Shown: positions 9,717 through 19,803, numbered from the stretch's first letter. The stretch: DNA of 64,000 bases from Comamonadaceae bacterium (GCA_947447975.1 CANFLU010000004.1:16595-80594), one strand, 5' to 3'. Program-made: numbers and translations. Notes: a model not told the origin generated them from the sequence alone.

Positions 9717-10363
9717 CTACCCTCCCTGGCCCCACTAGCCTGCATTGCCACTTCCGCTGGATCCAGGTAACGGTAGGTTCGCACTGTGACCTCCAAACTT
9801 AGCGTTCCCTCTGCATTGGGGGTTATGGTCATATTGCCTAGGTTGACGATATGCGGCAGATGCGCCACATCGGCAGCAAAGCGGGCGATGTCATGGTATC
9901 GGCCGTTGGCTCGCAAGGTGACAGGAACGACGGCGTAGTGTGGCCTGTATATGGGCGCGCCAGGCTTAAACAGCTCCGGCTGTAAATTATGACTTTGCCC
10001 CACCTGGCTGATGCTAAAAAGCAAGCTAGACATTTCCGTACTATGAGGTAACTGTTTTTCCAACCTTTCAATAGCCAGTGCAATTGCGTCGTGCTTCTGT
10101 TTCAAAGCATCGCGCTTGGCTGCTTTACCCAGTTTGTGCGTGAAGTCAGCGCGTAGCTGGTCCTCTGTCAGGACCGTTTGGTTCAACTTTCCAGCGTAAG
10201 CACTCAATGGGTAAAACCAGATAGTGCCGACCGTAGCGCAATACAGGCCAAGTAACAACAGCACACGCGGTAGCAGCGGCCATGACGCGGGGTTGAGCTC
10301 ATCGATCCCCTGTAACTGTGCGCCAATCGCTGCGCCCCATTGGTCAAAAGTGTGATGGTTCAT
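9713..10363 (-). CDS. pilO: type IV pilus assembly protein PilO
   Basis: 216 aa with one N-terminal TM segment followed by a coiled coil. Canonical position in pilMNOPQ. Confidence 0.85.
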   Translation of the reverse strand: MNHHTFDQWGAAIGAQLQGIDELNPASWPLLPRVLLLLGLYCATVGTIWFYPLSAYAGKLNQTVLTEDQLRADFTHKLGKAAKRDALKQKHDAIALAIERLEKQLPHSTEMSSLLFSISQVGQSHNLQPELFKPGAPIYRPHYAVVPVTLRANGRYHDIARFAADVAHLPHIVNLGNMTITPNAEGTLSLEVTVRTYRYLDPAEVAMQASGAREGR

Positions 10364-10410
10364 TTCAACATTCCTTTTGCAATACCTGGTCCTTGGATCC
10401 TTGAGATGCT

Positions 10411-11070
10411 TTAGGGTTGCGCGTTAGAAACCGCCTGGCTCGGTAATGCCTTAATAACCATGGAGGGCGCAACGGTTTGGCTTGTACGGGTGCTAGAGCC
10501 GGACGGTTCCTGGGCAGGTAATAGGAGTACTTTTACCGAAAACTTGAAGGCTTGTAAGGGCAATTTTCCGGTGCTATTTAAATTTTGAGCTTCACTGAAC
10601 AAGAGTTCAGGTTTGGAAAACCAAGCGCCCGTCGTACCCAAGTTATCTAGAAACTTCGACAGGTTTTCATTGGTTTGTCCAATACCCTCTAGCGTGAGCT
10701 CCTGCTCTTTCTGCGCTAATTTGGTCAACACCACACCTTGTGGCAGTGTGTTTGCCACCTCGGAGAGCAAACGAACGGGCCCATTGCGGTCTGCCTGAAT
10801 AGCCTCCAATGCTTTTTGGCGCGTGAGCAGGGAATCGATGTGGGTGTTCAGTTCTTTGACTTCAATGATTTGCAATTCAAGACGTTTAATTTCCTTTTCA
10901 AGGACCGCAATATTATTATTTTGTCCATCAGCAGCCGTGATTAAATAAAGATAAATCGCGAATGACGTGAGTACTGCGAGCAAAAGCGTCACAAGAATTG
11001 ATGCATGAAATTGGTCCTGCTTAAATTTGCGAAGGGACTCGCGGTGCGGCAAAAGATTGAAGTGAAGCAC
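10411..11070 (-). CDS. pilN: type IV pilus assembly protein PilN
   Basis: Conserved N-terminal NLLPHRE motif followed by a TM helix. I prefer the in-frame GTG at 11070, which overlaps the pilM stop (TAGTG). The ORF-track start at 11100 would overlap pilM by 31 nt. Confidence 0.85.
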   Translation of the reverse strand: MLHFNLLPHRESLRKFKQDQFHASILVTLLLAVLTSFAIYLYLITAADGQNNNIAVLEKEIKRLELQIIEVKELNTHIDSLLTRQKALEAIQADRNGPVRLLSEVANTLPQGVVLTKLAQKEQELTLEGIGQTNENLSKFLDNLGTTGAWFSKPELLFSEAQNLNSTGKLPLQAFKFSVKVLLLPAQEPSGSSTRTSQTVAPSMVIKALPSQAVSNAQP

Positions 11071-12146
11071 TAAACCAACCCCCGCAGAGCCAAACCGCAT
11101 GCGCCGACGAAGAGTGGCGCTGCGTGGAGCGAGCGCTCATTTCGCATTCGGGGTGCCAGCCCCATCGCTTCGAAAGGATTCATCAAGGTACAGGGTCTCT
11201 GCAGCGCCTTTCCTAAGGCGTCAGTCAAACCAGGAACCAGGGCGCCGCCGCCGGACAAGAATATGTGATCAATTTTGTTAATGGGCGTGCTGCTGCTTAC
11301 AAATTGCATGCCGCGTTCCAGCACGTGGACGGTTGAGGAAATATAGGGGTCCAAAAGGGATGGGGCCAAGTCATCTGCCATGACACTCGTGACTTTTTTT
11401 ATCTCAGCCGTATCCATCGGGATGCCGTACTGCTCGGCGATGCGCTGGGTCAGCTGATCTCCGCCTACAGCCTGTTCGCGGTCATACACCATGGTATCGC
11501 CGACCGTTATCTGCATCAGCGTTCGCGCTGCGCCCACTTTGAGCAAAAGCACGACCGGGTTAGCCTGATCTGGAACATATCTTTCGGCCAAACGCTTAGT
11601 CGCCATCCACAGTGCATGCGACTGCACCTCCACCACGCTCGCGTCCAACTCAGCCATTTCGGCAAGGTCTTGCAATTCTTGAACGCGATCCCGGCGCGCC
11701 GCGGCGATAAGCACGTCGACCATGTCGGTGCGATGCTGGTTTTTGCCTACGATGCAGTAATCTAAGCTAAGCTCTTCCAATGGGAAGGGGATGAATTGCC
11801 GCGCTTCTTCTTCAACTTGCGCTTGCCTATCGCGGGGACTCAAATCCGCGTCCACCATGGTTTTCTTGATGATGACGGCGGACGATGGCAGAGCCATGGC
11901 TACTTTTCGGGCACTTACCCGGTGTTCATGCAGCGTGAAGCGAATCGCTTCGGCGACATGGTCCAATTTGACGACATGACCGCCGACAATGTAGCCGCTT
12001 GGCAAGCGGGTACTGGCCAGCAACTCCAAAACGGGCCGCCCCAAGGTTCCGCTAAGTCCAACCAGTTTGATGCCCCAGGAGCTGATGTCCAGGCCCAAAA
12101 CTTTTTCCTGCCCTCGTCCAAAGAATGACTTCAGATTCATTTTCAC
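11070..12146 (-). CDS. pilM: type IV pilus assembly protein PilM (actin-like ATPase fold)
   Basis: 358 aa. First gene of pilMNOPQ, divergent from PBP1A as in many proteobacteria. Contains LGLDISSWGIKLV and FLSGGGALVPGL motifs. Confidence 0.92.
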   Translation of the reverse strand: MKMNLKSFFGRGQEKVLGLDISSWGIKLVGLSGTLGRPVLELLASTRLPSGYIVGGHVVKLDHVAEAIRFTLHEHRVSARKVAMALPSSAVIIKKTMVDADLSPRDRQAQVEEEARQFIPFPLEELSLDYCIVGKNQHRTDMVDVLIAAARRDRVQELQDLAEMAELDASVVEVQSHALWMATKRLAERYVPDQANPVVLLLKVGAARTLMQITVGDTMVYDREQAVGGDQLTQRIAEQYGIPMDTAEIKKVTSVMADDLAPSLLDPYISSTVHVLERGMQFVSSSTPINKIDHIFLSGGGALVPGLTDALGKALQRPCTLMNPFEAMGLAPRMRNERSLHAAPLFVGACGLALRGLV

Positions 12147-12379
12147 CTCCTTTTTTGCCAGGGTTTGAATGATTTTATTTTTATTATTTTTAATAATACA
12201 TTGATTACCATAATCATGTGCAAATAGTTGCCCACTTTGCGCATACGCTCCTGCGCTACCATTAGGCTTTTGCTCAGTTAGATGCCGCGCTTAGCCGGGC
12301 AGAGCAAGAGTTTTTCGCTTTGATCCGGGTAGTGAGCTAATTGTTGACACACCTTCTTTGAATTTCTAGACCTTTTTTC
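12147..12379. promoter_or_regulatory. AT-rich divergent control region between pilM and mrcA
   Basis: A local AT-rich block (12165-12225) contains the inverted repeat TATTAT-5nt-ATAATA (12182-12198). A TTGACA hexamer sits at 12343-12348. No transcription start can be assigned from sequence alone. Confidence 0.4.
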
Positions 12380-14782
12380 ATGGCCGAACTGCCTTCTTCC
12401 GCACCCGTCAAGCCCGTCGCGTCCACGTCGGCCAAAGCGCGCACGATATGGGGTTGGATGGCATACGTCATGCTGGCACTATTCGGACTCGGAATGGCAG
12501 GCCTGGCTTCTGTTGTTTTTCTGGTAGCCATCGTGATGGCACTGGCCTACCCGAATTTGCCCGATATTTCAGATTTGGAGGATTACCATCCGAAGTTGCC
12601 ATTGCGGGTGTTTTCCTCTGAGGGCGACTTAATTGGAGAGTTTGGCGAAGAGCACCGGACCCTGACTCCGATTGATGAGATTCCGCTGGTCATGAAAAAT
12701 GCCATTCTGGCCATTGAGGACGCGCGCTTTTTTCAGCACGGCGGCATCGATTACGTTGGCATGGTGCGCGCGGCAGCGGCCAATGTGGGGCGCTCCAAGA
12801 GCCAGGGGGCCTCGACTATCACCATGCAGGTCGCGCGCAATGTGTATTTGTCGTCGGAAAAAACCTTCACCCGAAAAATTTATGAGATCTTGCTGACCTT
12901 CAAGCTCGAGCACAACCTGAGCAAGGACCAGATTCTCGAAATCTACATGAACCAGATTTACCTGGGGAATCGGGCCTATGGCTTTGCTGCGGCTTGCGAG
13001 ACCTATTTCGGAAAACCCCTCAAGAACATCAGCATTGCAGAGGCTGCCATGCTGGCAGGCTTGCCCAAGGCCCCTTCCGCTTACAACCCAATCAAGAACC
13101 CGCGCCGCGCGCGCATCCGCCAGCAATACATTATTGAGCGCATGTTGGATAACGGTTTTATTACGGCCCAAGAGGCTAATAGCGCGAAGGCCGAGGTTCT
13201 GCATGTGCAAACTGCCGCTACCCGTCCGCAAGTACATGCGGAATACCTGGCGGAGATGGTGCGCCAGTTGATGTACGACCAGTATGGTGATGCAACGTAC
13301 ACGCGTGGCCTAGACGTGGTGACGACCGTGGTCAGCGCGCAACAGGAGGCGGCGTATAAAGCGCTGCGCCGCGGCATCATGGACTTTGAGCGACGCCAGG
13401 TCTATCGAGGTCCTGAAAAGTTCATCAGCTTGCCCGGCGACGCGCAGGAGCTGGAGGATGCCATTGACGAAGCATTGGATGAGCATCCTGACAATGGCGA
13501 TGTGCTGGCGGCGGTAGTTCTGCAAGCCGATGCCAAGCGGGTGTTGGCTCAACGACAAGCTGGCGAGGTGGTGGAAATTACCGGTGAGGGCTTGAAGCCA
13601 GCGCAGTCGGGCTTGTCCGACAAGGCCGCTCCCAACGTCAAAATACGTCCGGGTGCGATCATCCGCGTCTCCAAAACGCCCAAAGGAACCTGGGAAATCA
13701 CCCAATTGCCCGAAGTAGAGGGCGCTTTTTTTGCCATGGATCCCAGGGATGGGGCTATCAAGGCGCTGGTGGGCGGATTTGATTATGGGAAAAACAAGTT
13801 CAACCACGTTACCCAGGCGTGGCGCCAACCGGGTTCAAGTTTCAAGCCCTTTATCTATTCGGCGGCCTTGGAAAAGGGGTTTACACCGAGCACGGTGATC
13901 AACGACATGCCCCTGTTTTTTGACGCTGGGACAACCGGCGGTCAGCCTTGGGAGCCCAAAAACTACGACGGCACGTTTGAGGGTCCTATGCCCTTGCGCA
14001 AAGCGCTGGCGAAGTCCAAGAACATGATCTCGATCCAAATTTTGCAGTCCATTGGCACGCACTATGCACAGGAATGGATTAGCCGTTTCGGTTTTGATGC
14101 CGACAAACACCCGCCCTACCTCACGATGGCTCTGGGTGCCGGTTCAGTGACGCCTATGCAACTTGCGACCGGCTACTCTGTATTCGCCAACGGCGGCTTC
14201 CGTGTCAATCCTTGGTTGATTTCGAAGGTCAGTGAGCAGCGCGGGAAAACACTGCTGGAAACGGCCAAACCAGTTTTGGGGGAGGCCAATGTCGCTATCG
14301 AGCCGCGCAATGCCTTTTTGATGACTAGTTTGCTGCAAGAAGTAACGCGCTCGGGTACCGCCGCCAAGGCGCAGGCCACGCTGAAGCGGCCGGATATTTA
14401 CGGGAAAACAGGCACGACCAACGATTCCATGGACGCTTGGTTTGCGGGTTACCAGCCCACACTCACCGCAGTGACCTGGATAGGCTACGACACGCCACGT
14501 AAATTAGGGGACAAAGAAACAGGTGGTGGCCTGAGCCTGCCGGTTTGGATCAGCTTTATGGAATCCGCACTGAAAAACGTCCCCATCATGGAACCCGATG
14601 CCCCCGAAGGCATCGTGCGTGTCAATAACGAGTGGTATTACGAAGAATTTTCCAAGGGCACCGGCATTGGCGCCGTAGGCGCAGGGGACAAAGCCCCATC
14701 ATCAACCCCAGCCAGCGGCGCTTCCCGGCCTATGACACCTTCAGAAGAGCAACGCAGCATCCTGGATTTGTTTAGAAATTGA
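12380..14782 (+). CDS. mrcA: penicillin-binding protein 1A (bifunctional transglycosylase/transpeptidase)
   Basis: 800 aa. GT51 motifs are AILAIEDARFFQHGGID and RKIYE. Transpeptidase motifs are GSSFKPF and KTGTTND. Confidence 0.95.
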   Translation: MAELPSSAPVKPVASTSAKARTIWGWMAYVMLALFGLGMAGLASVVFLVAIVMALAYPNLPDISDLEDYHPKLPLRVFSSEGDLIGEFGEEHRTLTPIDEIPLVMKNAILAIEDARFFQHGGIDYVGMVRAAAANVGRSKSQGASTITMQVARNVYLSSEKTFTRKIYEILLTFKLEHNLSKDQILEIYMNQIYLGNRAYGFAAACETYFGKPLKNISIAEAAMLAGLPKAPSAYNPIKNPRRARIRQQYIIERMLDNGFITAQEANSAKAEVLHVQTAATRPQVHAEYLAEMVRQLMYDQYGDATYTRGLDVVTTVVSAQQEAAYKALRRGIMDFERRQVYRGPEKFISLPGDAQELEDAIDEALDEHPDNGDVLAAVVLQADAKRVLAQRQAGEVVEITGEGLKPAQSGLSDKAAPNVKIRPGAIIRVSKTPKGTWEITQLPEVEGAFFAMDPRDGAIKALVGGFDYGKNKFNHVTQAWRQPGSSFKPFIYSAALEKGFTPSTVINDMPLFFDAGTTGGQPWEPKNYDGTFEGPMPLRKALAKSKNMISIQILQSIGTHYAQEWISRFGFDADKHPPYLTMALGAGSVTPMQLATGYSVFANGGFRVNPWLISKVSEQRGKTLLETAKPVLGEANVAIEPRNAFLMTSLLQEVTRSGTAAKAQATLKRPDIYGKTGTTNDSMDAWFAGYQPTLTAVTWIGYDTPRKLGDKETGGGLSLPVWISFMESALKNVPIMEPDAPEGIVRVNNEWYYEEFSKGTGIGAVGAGDKAPSSTPASGASRPMTPSEEQRSILDLFRN

Positions 14783-15112
14783 TCAAGGCGCAAACTGCAA
14801 GGGCATACCCGCCTGTGCGCTGGCGTCTTGCCCCAACAGCACAAAAAAATCGCCCTGGCCTTTGGTATCCTGCCAAGTGCCGTCACGCCAGCAGAAATGG
14901 TAGCCGCCCGAACGGGTGGCCATCCAAACTTCGTGCAAGGGTTTTTGCAAATTAATGATGATCTGGCTGCGGTTGGCGAAAACCAAAGTGACCATCGCAC
15001 CCACGCGCTGATTATCAATATCCGCACTACCCGCGTCATTGATGGAATCGCATACGCGTTCGACGCTGCGCAAGAGTGATTCGGCCAGATCCATGAACTC
15101 GGGGTCGGTCAT
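14783..15112 (-). CDS. cyaY: frataxin-like iron-sulfur cluster assembly protein CyaY
   Basis: 109 aa with an acidic N-terminal helix and a CyaY-like core ([25 protein letters not shown]). Divergent from lptM-lysA, the classical cyaY neighbourhood. Confidence 0.85.
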   Translation of the reverse strand: MTDPEFMDLAESLLRSVERVCDSINDAGSADIDNQRVGAMVTLVFANRSQIIINLQKPLHEVWMATRSGGYHFCWRDGTWQDTKGQGDFFVLLGQDASAQAGMPLQFAP

Positions 15113-15124
15113 TACAATTTCACC

Positions 15125-15310
15125 ATGTCAAAAACAAAAAAAATCGCAGCCAGGGTCTGCCTGGGTCTGGCAGTCGCCCTGCAACTGAGCGCTTGCGGAC
15201 AAAAAGGGCCACTGGTTTTGCCAGCTAAATCGGCGTTTCTGACCAGCCCTTGCCACACGTGCGCAAGCCGCACCATAACGGATTGGCAGCGCAGCTGCCA
15301 CGCAGCATGA
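15125..15310 (+). CDS. lptM: small lipoprotein LptM (YifL family)
   Basis: 61 aa with a lipobox and the family signature [13 protein letters not shown]. Sits immediately upstream of lysA, with its stop overlapping the lysA ATG as ATGA. Confidence 0.75.
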   Translation: MSKTKKIAARVCLGLAVALQLSACGQKGPLVLPAKSAFLTSPCHTCASRTITDWQRSCHAA

Positions 15311-16587
15311 ACAATACCTTGCCCGGAACACCTTATTTTCACTACGGCGAGAGCGGCCTTATGGCGGAAGGCTTGGCCCTTAGCGCACTGGCCGAAAAAC
15401 ATGGCACGCCTTTATATGTGTATTCCAAGGCGGCGATGCTTGGTGCACTAGCCGCCTACCAGGCCGGTTTTGCAGGTCGTAAAGCGCAGATTTGTTACGC
15501 CATGAAGGCCAATTCCTCGCTCGGTGTTCTGCAAGTGTTTGCACGCGCCGGTTGCGGGTTCGACATTGTGTCGATAGGTGAATTGGCGCGGGTACGCGCT
15601 GCCGGTGGCGACCCGGCCAAAGTGATTTTTTCCGGGGTCGGTAAAACCCGCTATGAAATGGGCGAGGCGCTGGCGGCGGGCATTGGCTGCTTTAATGTGG
15701 AAAGCGAAGCCGAAATCGAGGTCTTGAACGAAGTGGCCCTTGCTATGGGCTTGCGCGCACCGATTAGCATTCGCGTCAATCCCAATGTAGACCCCAAAAC
15801 CCATCCCTATATTTCTACCGGCCTCAAAGGCAATAAATTCGGGATTGCCCACGAGCGGACCCTGGCAACCTACCAGTACGCGGCGACGCTGCGGGGCTTG
15901 CACATCGTGGGGATAGACTGCCATATTGGCTCACAAATCACCGAAGAAGCGCCCTACTTGGACGCGCTGGACCGCATGCTCGACCTGGTGCAAGCGATAG
16001 AAGCGGCGGGTATTTCCTTGGCGCATATTGATTTCGGCGGCGGTTTGGGTATCCAATACCACGACGAGGTGCCCCCGACTGCGGATGCGCTGTGGGCCAA
16101 ACTGCTCCAAAAAATCGATGCGCGCGGTCTGGGTGACCACACTTTGATGATTGAGCCGGGACGCTCGCTAGTGGGTAACGCCGGGGTGTGTCTTACTGAG
16201 GTGCTGTACCTCAAGCCCGGCGAGCAGAAAAACTTTTGCATTGTCGATGCAGCGATGAACGACTTACCGCGACCGGCCATGTACCAGGCCTACCATGCCA
16301 TTGTTCCGCTGGAAGAAAAGACAACCACGGCGCAGGCTAGGGTGTATGACGTCGTGGGCCCGGTGTGCGAAAGCGGCGATTGGATTGGCCGGGACCGCGC
16401 GCTTGCGGTGCAGCCCGGCGAGCGGCTGGCAGTCATGTCCGCCGGAGCTTATTGCATGAGCATGGCCAGCAATTACAACACCCGTACCCGCGCCGCCGAG
16501 GTCTTGGTGGACGGTCACCAGGCCACCGTTATCCGCCAACGGGAATCGATTACGGATTTGTTCCGGGGCGAGCACCTGTCCGCGTAA
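15307..16587 (+). CDS. lysA: diaminopimelate decarboxylase
   Basis: PLP-dependent decarboxylase fold (YAMKANSSLGVL, GGGLGI, CESGD). I set the start at ATG 15307 ([13 protein letters not shown]). The ORF-track start 15250 would overlap lptM. Confidence 0.93.
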   Translation: MNNTLPGTPYFHYGESGLMAEGLALSALAEKHGTPLYVYSKAAMLGALAAYQAGFAGRKAQICYAMKANSSLGVLQVFARAGCGFDIVSIGELARVRAAGGDPAKVIFSGVGKTRYEMGEALAAGIGCFNVESEAEIEVLNEVALAMGLRAPISIRVNPNVDPKTHPYISTGLKGNKFGIAHERTLATYQYAATLRGLHIVGIDCHIGSQITEEAPYLDALDRMLDLVQAIEAAGISLAHIDFGGGLGIQYHDEVPPTADALWAKLLQKIDARGLGDHTLMIEPGRSLVGNAGVCLTEVLYLKPGEQKNFCIVDAAMNDLPRPAMYQAYHAIVPLEEKTTTAQARVYDVVGPVCESGDWIGRDRALAVQPGERLAVMSAGAYCMSMASNYNTRTRAAEVLVDGHQATVIRQRESITDLFRGEHLSA

Positions 16588-17188
16588 ATAGCCGGCGCAA
16601 ACGCCAAGCCAGTGACAGGCCGATGATGGCGGCATAAAGTGCGACTTGGTCAAAGTTGCGCTTACCTGCACGCATCCAGAAAAAATGCAATACCGCCAAC
16701 AAAGCGATCCCATATACCGCCCGATGCAAGCGGCGCCATTGCGCCGCGCCCAGCCAGCGGATCGCCGCATTGAATGAAGTCAAAGCCAGGGGCAGCAACA
16801 GCAGCAAAGCCAGCAGACCCACGAGAATAAACGGACGCTTGGCGATGTCTTGCAAGATATCGTCCCATTGGCCGCTTTGGTCGAGCCAGACGTAGGCCGC
16901 AAAATGCACCAGCGCATAAAAAAATACAAACAGGCCCAACATGCGGCGCAAACGCGCCAGCCCCGCCCAGCCGGTACCCTCGCGCAAAGGACTCAGCCAT
17001 AACAGCACGCAAAGCATGCGCAGCGTCCACAGCCCGGTTCCGCGCAACAGGGCTTCGGCGGGATTGGCTCCCAGCGCATCGCGCAACAAGGCAAATAGCA
17101 AATAGGCCAGGGGCGCTAAGGCCAGCAAAAATACACCGGGTTTAGCAAAACGCGCGGCCAAGGCGCGCTGCATCAGGGCGGCCACCAC
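16550..17188 (-). CDS. msrQ: protein-methionine-sulfoxide reductase heme-binding subunit MsrQ (YedZ)
   Basis: 212 aa, polytopic, with conserved His residues in the TM helices. Directly downstream of msrP. Confidence 0.88.
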   Translation of the reverse strand: MVAALMQRALAARFAKPGVFLLALAPLAYLLFALLRDALGANPAEALLRGTGLWTLRMLCVLLWLSPLREGTGWAGLARLRRMLGLFVFFYALVHFAAYVWLDQSGQWDDILQDIAKRPFILVGLLALLLLLPLALTSFNAAIRWLGAAQWRRLHRAVYGIALLAVLHFFWMRAGKRNFDQVALYAAIIGLSLAWRLRRLFTRTGARPGTNP

Positions 17189-17194
17189 CTTCGT

Positions 17195-18184
17195 TCAGTA
17201 GAATTTTTTCAAATCCATACCGGCATACAACTGGCCTACCTGCGCCTCGTAGCCGTTGAACATCAAAGTCTTGCGCTTTTTGCCAAAAATGCCATCTTCG
17301 CCCAGCCGCCGCTCGGTCGCTTGGCTCCAACGCGGGTGGTCCACTTCGGGATTGACGTTGGAATAAAACCCATATTCCTGCGGCGCAGCCTTGTTCCAGG
17401 CCGTGGCCGGTTGGCGCTCACTAAAGCGTATTTTGACGATGCTCTTGGCGCTCTTGAACCCGTATTTCCAAGGGACCACCAAGCGAAGTGGCGCACCGTT
17501 CTGGTTGGGCAGAATTTCTCCGTACATACCAAAAGCCAGCAAGGTCAGCGGATGCAAGGCTTCGTCCATGCGCAAGCCTTCGGCATAAGGCCAGTCCAAC
17601 ATGCGGCTGCCCACAAAAGGCATGGTTTTGGGGTCTGCCAGGGTGACAAACTCCACATACTTGGCGCTGCCCAAAGGCTCGACACGTTTGATCAATTCCG
17701 CCAGGGAATAGCCCAGCCAAGGGATCACCATAGACCAGCCTTCGACACAGCGCAGGCGGTAAATGCGCTCTTCCATGGGGCTCAAGGCCAGCAAATCCTC
17801 CAAGGCCCAACGCCCGGGTTTTTTCACCAAGCCTTCTATATCCACCGTCCAGGGCGTCGTCTTCAAGGTGTGGGCATTGGCCGCCGGGTCGGCCTTGTCG
17901 GTGCCGAACTCGTAAAAATTGTTATAGCCAGACGCATCTTTGTAAAGGGTCGCCTTGTCCATAGTCAGCGCACCGGCGACGGCGCTGGGCTTGGCCGCTA
18001 GGGCGGCTAATTTGCCAGGCCTTTGCGTAGGGGCGAGTGTTTGTGCGCAAACTAAAGCAGGCAGATTGCCCGCAGCAAAGACACCGGTGCCAGAGAGCAA
18101 GCGGCGCAGTGCAGCGCGGCGGCCGAGCACCCGATCGCGCGAGGTGATATCAGAACTTGGGATTTGCACGAGCGCTCCAGGCAA
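17195..18184 (-). CDS. msrP: protein-methionine-sulfoxide reductase catalytic subunit MsrP (YedY, molybdopterin)
   Basis: 329 aa with a Tat-type signal ([10 protein letters not shown]) and a sulfite-oxidase-fold core ([15 protein letters not shown]). Confidence 0.92.
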   Translation of the reverse strand: MPGALVQIPSSDITSRDRVLGRRAALRRLLSGTGVFAAGNLPALVCAQTLAPTQRPGKLAALAAKPSAVAGALTMDKATLYKDASGYNNFYEFGTDKADPAANAHTLKTTPWTVDIEGLVKKPGRWALEDLLALSPMEERIYRLRCVEGWSMVIPWLGYSLAELIKRVEPLGSAKYVEFVTLADPKTMPFVGSRMLDWPYAEGLRMDEALHPLTLLAFGMYGEILPNQNGAPLRLVVPWKYGFKSAKSIVKIRFSERQPATAWNKAAPQEYGFYSNVNPEVDHPRWSQATERRLGEDGIFGKKRKTLMFNGYEAQVGQLYAGMDLKKFY

Positions 18185-18238
18185 AAATCGATGCTCCCCA
18201 AAAGCGACTCAAGCGCCGTGCACGCCAGCGACGCGCCC

Positions 18239-18871
18239 TCAGCGCAGACCGGCTACGTAATCCGCAAGCGCTTTGATCTCACGGTCATTGAGCTTGGCTG
18301 CAACTTGGCTCATTTGCAAGCTGTTTTTACGCACGCCATCACGAAACGCTGTCAATTGGGCAGCGGCATATTCGGCATGCTGGCCACCGATGCGGGGATA
18401 TTGCGCGGGGATGCCCGCGCCATTGGGGCTATGGCAACCGGCACAAGCGGGCACCTGACGGTCGGCAATACCGCCACGGTAAATACGTTCACCCAAGGCC
18501 ACCGACTCTTTGTCCTTGGCAAACCCAGTCTTGGCCGCTTTGCTGCCCACCCAGTAAGCAATATTACGCATGTCGTCTTCCGACAAGGCACTGGCAAACC
18601 CGAGCATGACCGGGTTTGCACGTTTGCCCGCTTTGAATTCTTGCAGTTGTTTGACCAGGTACTGAGGGTGCTGTTGCGCCAGTTTGGGGAAAGTGGGCGT
18701 GCCTGAGTTGCCGTCTGCACCGTGGCAGGCTGCGCAGACGGCGCCATAGCTGGCCTCGCCTTTTGCCAGATCGGGTTGGGCGGCTTTAGCAGGCTCAGCG
18801 CTGTTGGCCAAGGCGGAAAATGCGCTAGCGAGCATGGCTGCGGCGAGAAACAAGGGGGCAAACGACTTCAT
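18239..18871 (-). CDS. diheme cytochrome c4
   Basis: 210 aa with a signal peptide and two CxxCH motifs (CAACHG, CAGCHS). Divergent from engB, a common arrangement. Confidence 0.9.
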   Translation of the reverse strand: MKSFAPLFLAAAMLASAFSALANSAEPAKAAQPDLAKGEASYGAVCAACHGADGNSGTPTFPKLAQQHPQYLVKQLQEFKAGKRANPVMLGFASALSEDDMRNIAYWVGSKAAKTGFAKDKESVALGERIYRGGIADRQVPACAGCHSPNGAGIPAQYPRIGGQHAEYAAAQLTAFRDGVRKNSLQMSQVAAKLNDREIKALADYVAGLR

Positions 18872-18955
18872 GATGCGAGGGCTCTTATGTAGGGCAAAAA
18901 CACCACCATTCTACAATGCGGCACGGGGCCTACCCGTCATAACAACCATAAGCCC

Positions 18956-19678
18956 ATGACCACCCCACGCCTGTCAAGCCCCGCTCAGCCAAGCAGCCCA
19001 TCGGCTGCCCCAAAGAGCGCCGCCCTCCAGGCGCTGGGCTGGCTGCACACGGCGCGCTTTTTAACCACCGCACCACAATTGCATTTTTTGCCGGAGTTGG
19101 ACGTACCGGAGATTGCCTTTGTAGGCCGCTCCAATGCAGGCAAATCCACCTGTATCAATACCTTAACGCAGCAAAAACAGCTGGCTTTTGCCTCCAAACG
19201 CCCCGGGCGCACCCAGCACATCAACCTCTTTGCCCTGGGCAAACAAGGCCTGATGGACGCTGTTCTGACCGATTTGCCCGGATACGGGTATGCCGCCGTA
19301 CCCAAGCAGGACAAGATCCGCTGGCAGCAGGTCATGGCCAATTACTTGGTGAGCCGCAAAAACCTGCAAGCCATCGTGCTGATGTGCGACCCGCGCCACG
19401 GCATGACCGAATTGGACGAAATTTTGCTAGACGTCATTCGTCCTCGCGTCGAGGAAGGTCTGAAGTTTCTTGTCGTGCTGACCAAGGCCGACAAACTGAC
19501 CCGTAGCGAGGGCGCTAAAGTCCTATCGATTACGAAACTGCAAGCGGGCGGCGGCGAAGTGCGACTGTTTTCCGCAACCAAGCGCACCGGTTTGGAAGAC
19601 GTGGCCACCCTTTTGTGGGACTGGGCCCACCCTGCGGGTGCAGCACCGGTCGCGGCAGAGCCAGCAAGCGAAACGTAG
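18956..19678 (+). CDS. yihA: ribosome-biogenesis GTPase YihA/EngB
   Basis: G1 motif GRSNAGKSTCIN, G3 motif DLPGYG, G4 motif TKADK. Confidence 0.92.
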   Translation: MTTPRLSSPAQPSSPSAAPKSAALQALGWLHTARFLTTAPQLHFLPELDVPEIAFVGRSNAGKSTCINTLTQQKQLAFASKRPGRTQHINLFALGKQGLMDAVLTDLPGYGYAAVPKQDKIRWQQVMANYLVSRKNLQAIVLMCDPRHGMTELDEILLDVIRPRVEEGLKFLVVLTKADKLTRSEGAKVLSITKLQAGGGEVRLFSATKRTGLEDVATLLWDWAHPAGAAPVAAEPASET

Positions 19679-19803
19679 CGCGTGGCGCCAGTTCATCCAT
19701 GCACCAGGCACTTGCGGTGCAAACGCAGCTTCAAACCAAGGGCGCACCCCCCAGATGCAAGCGGCGCTACCCTTGCAGCCCCTTTGCAAACTGAGGCCTC
19801 GCC

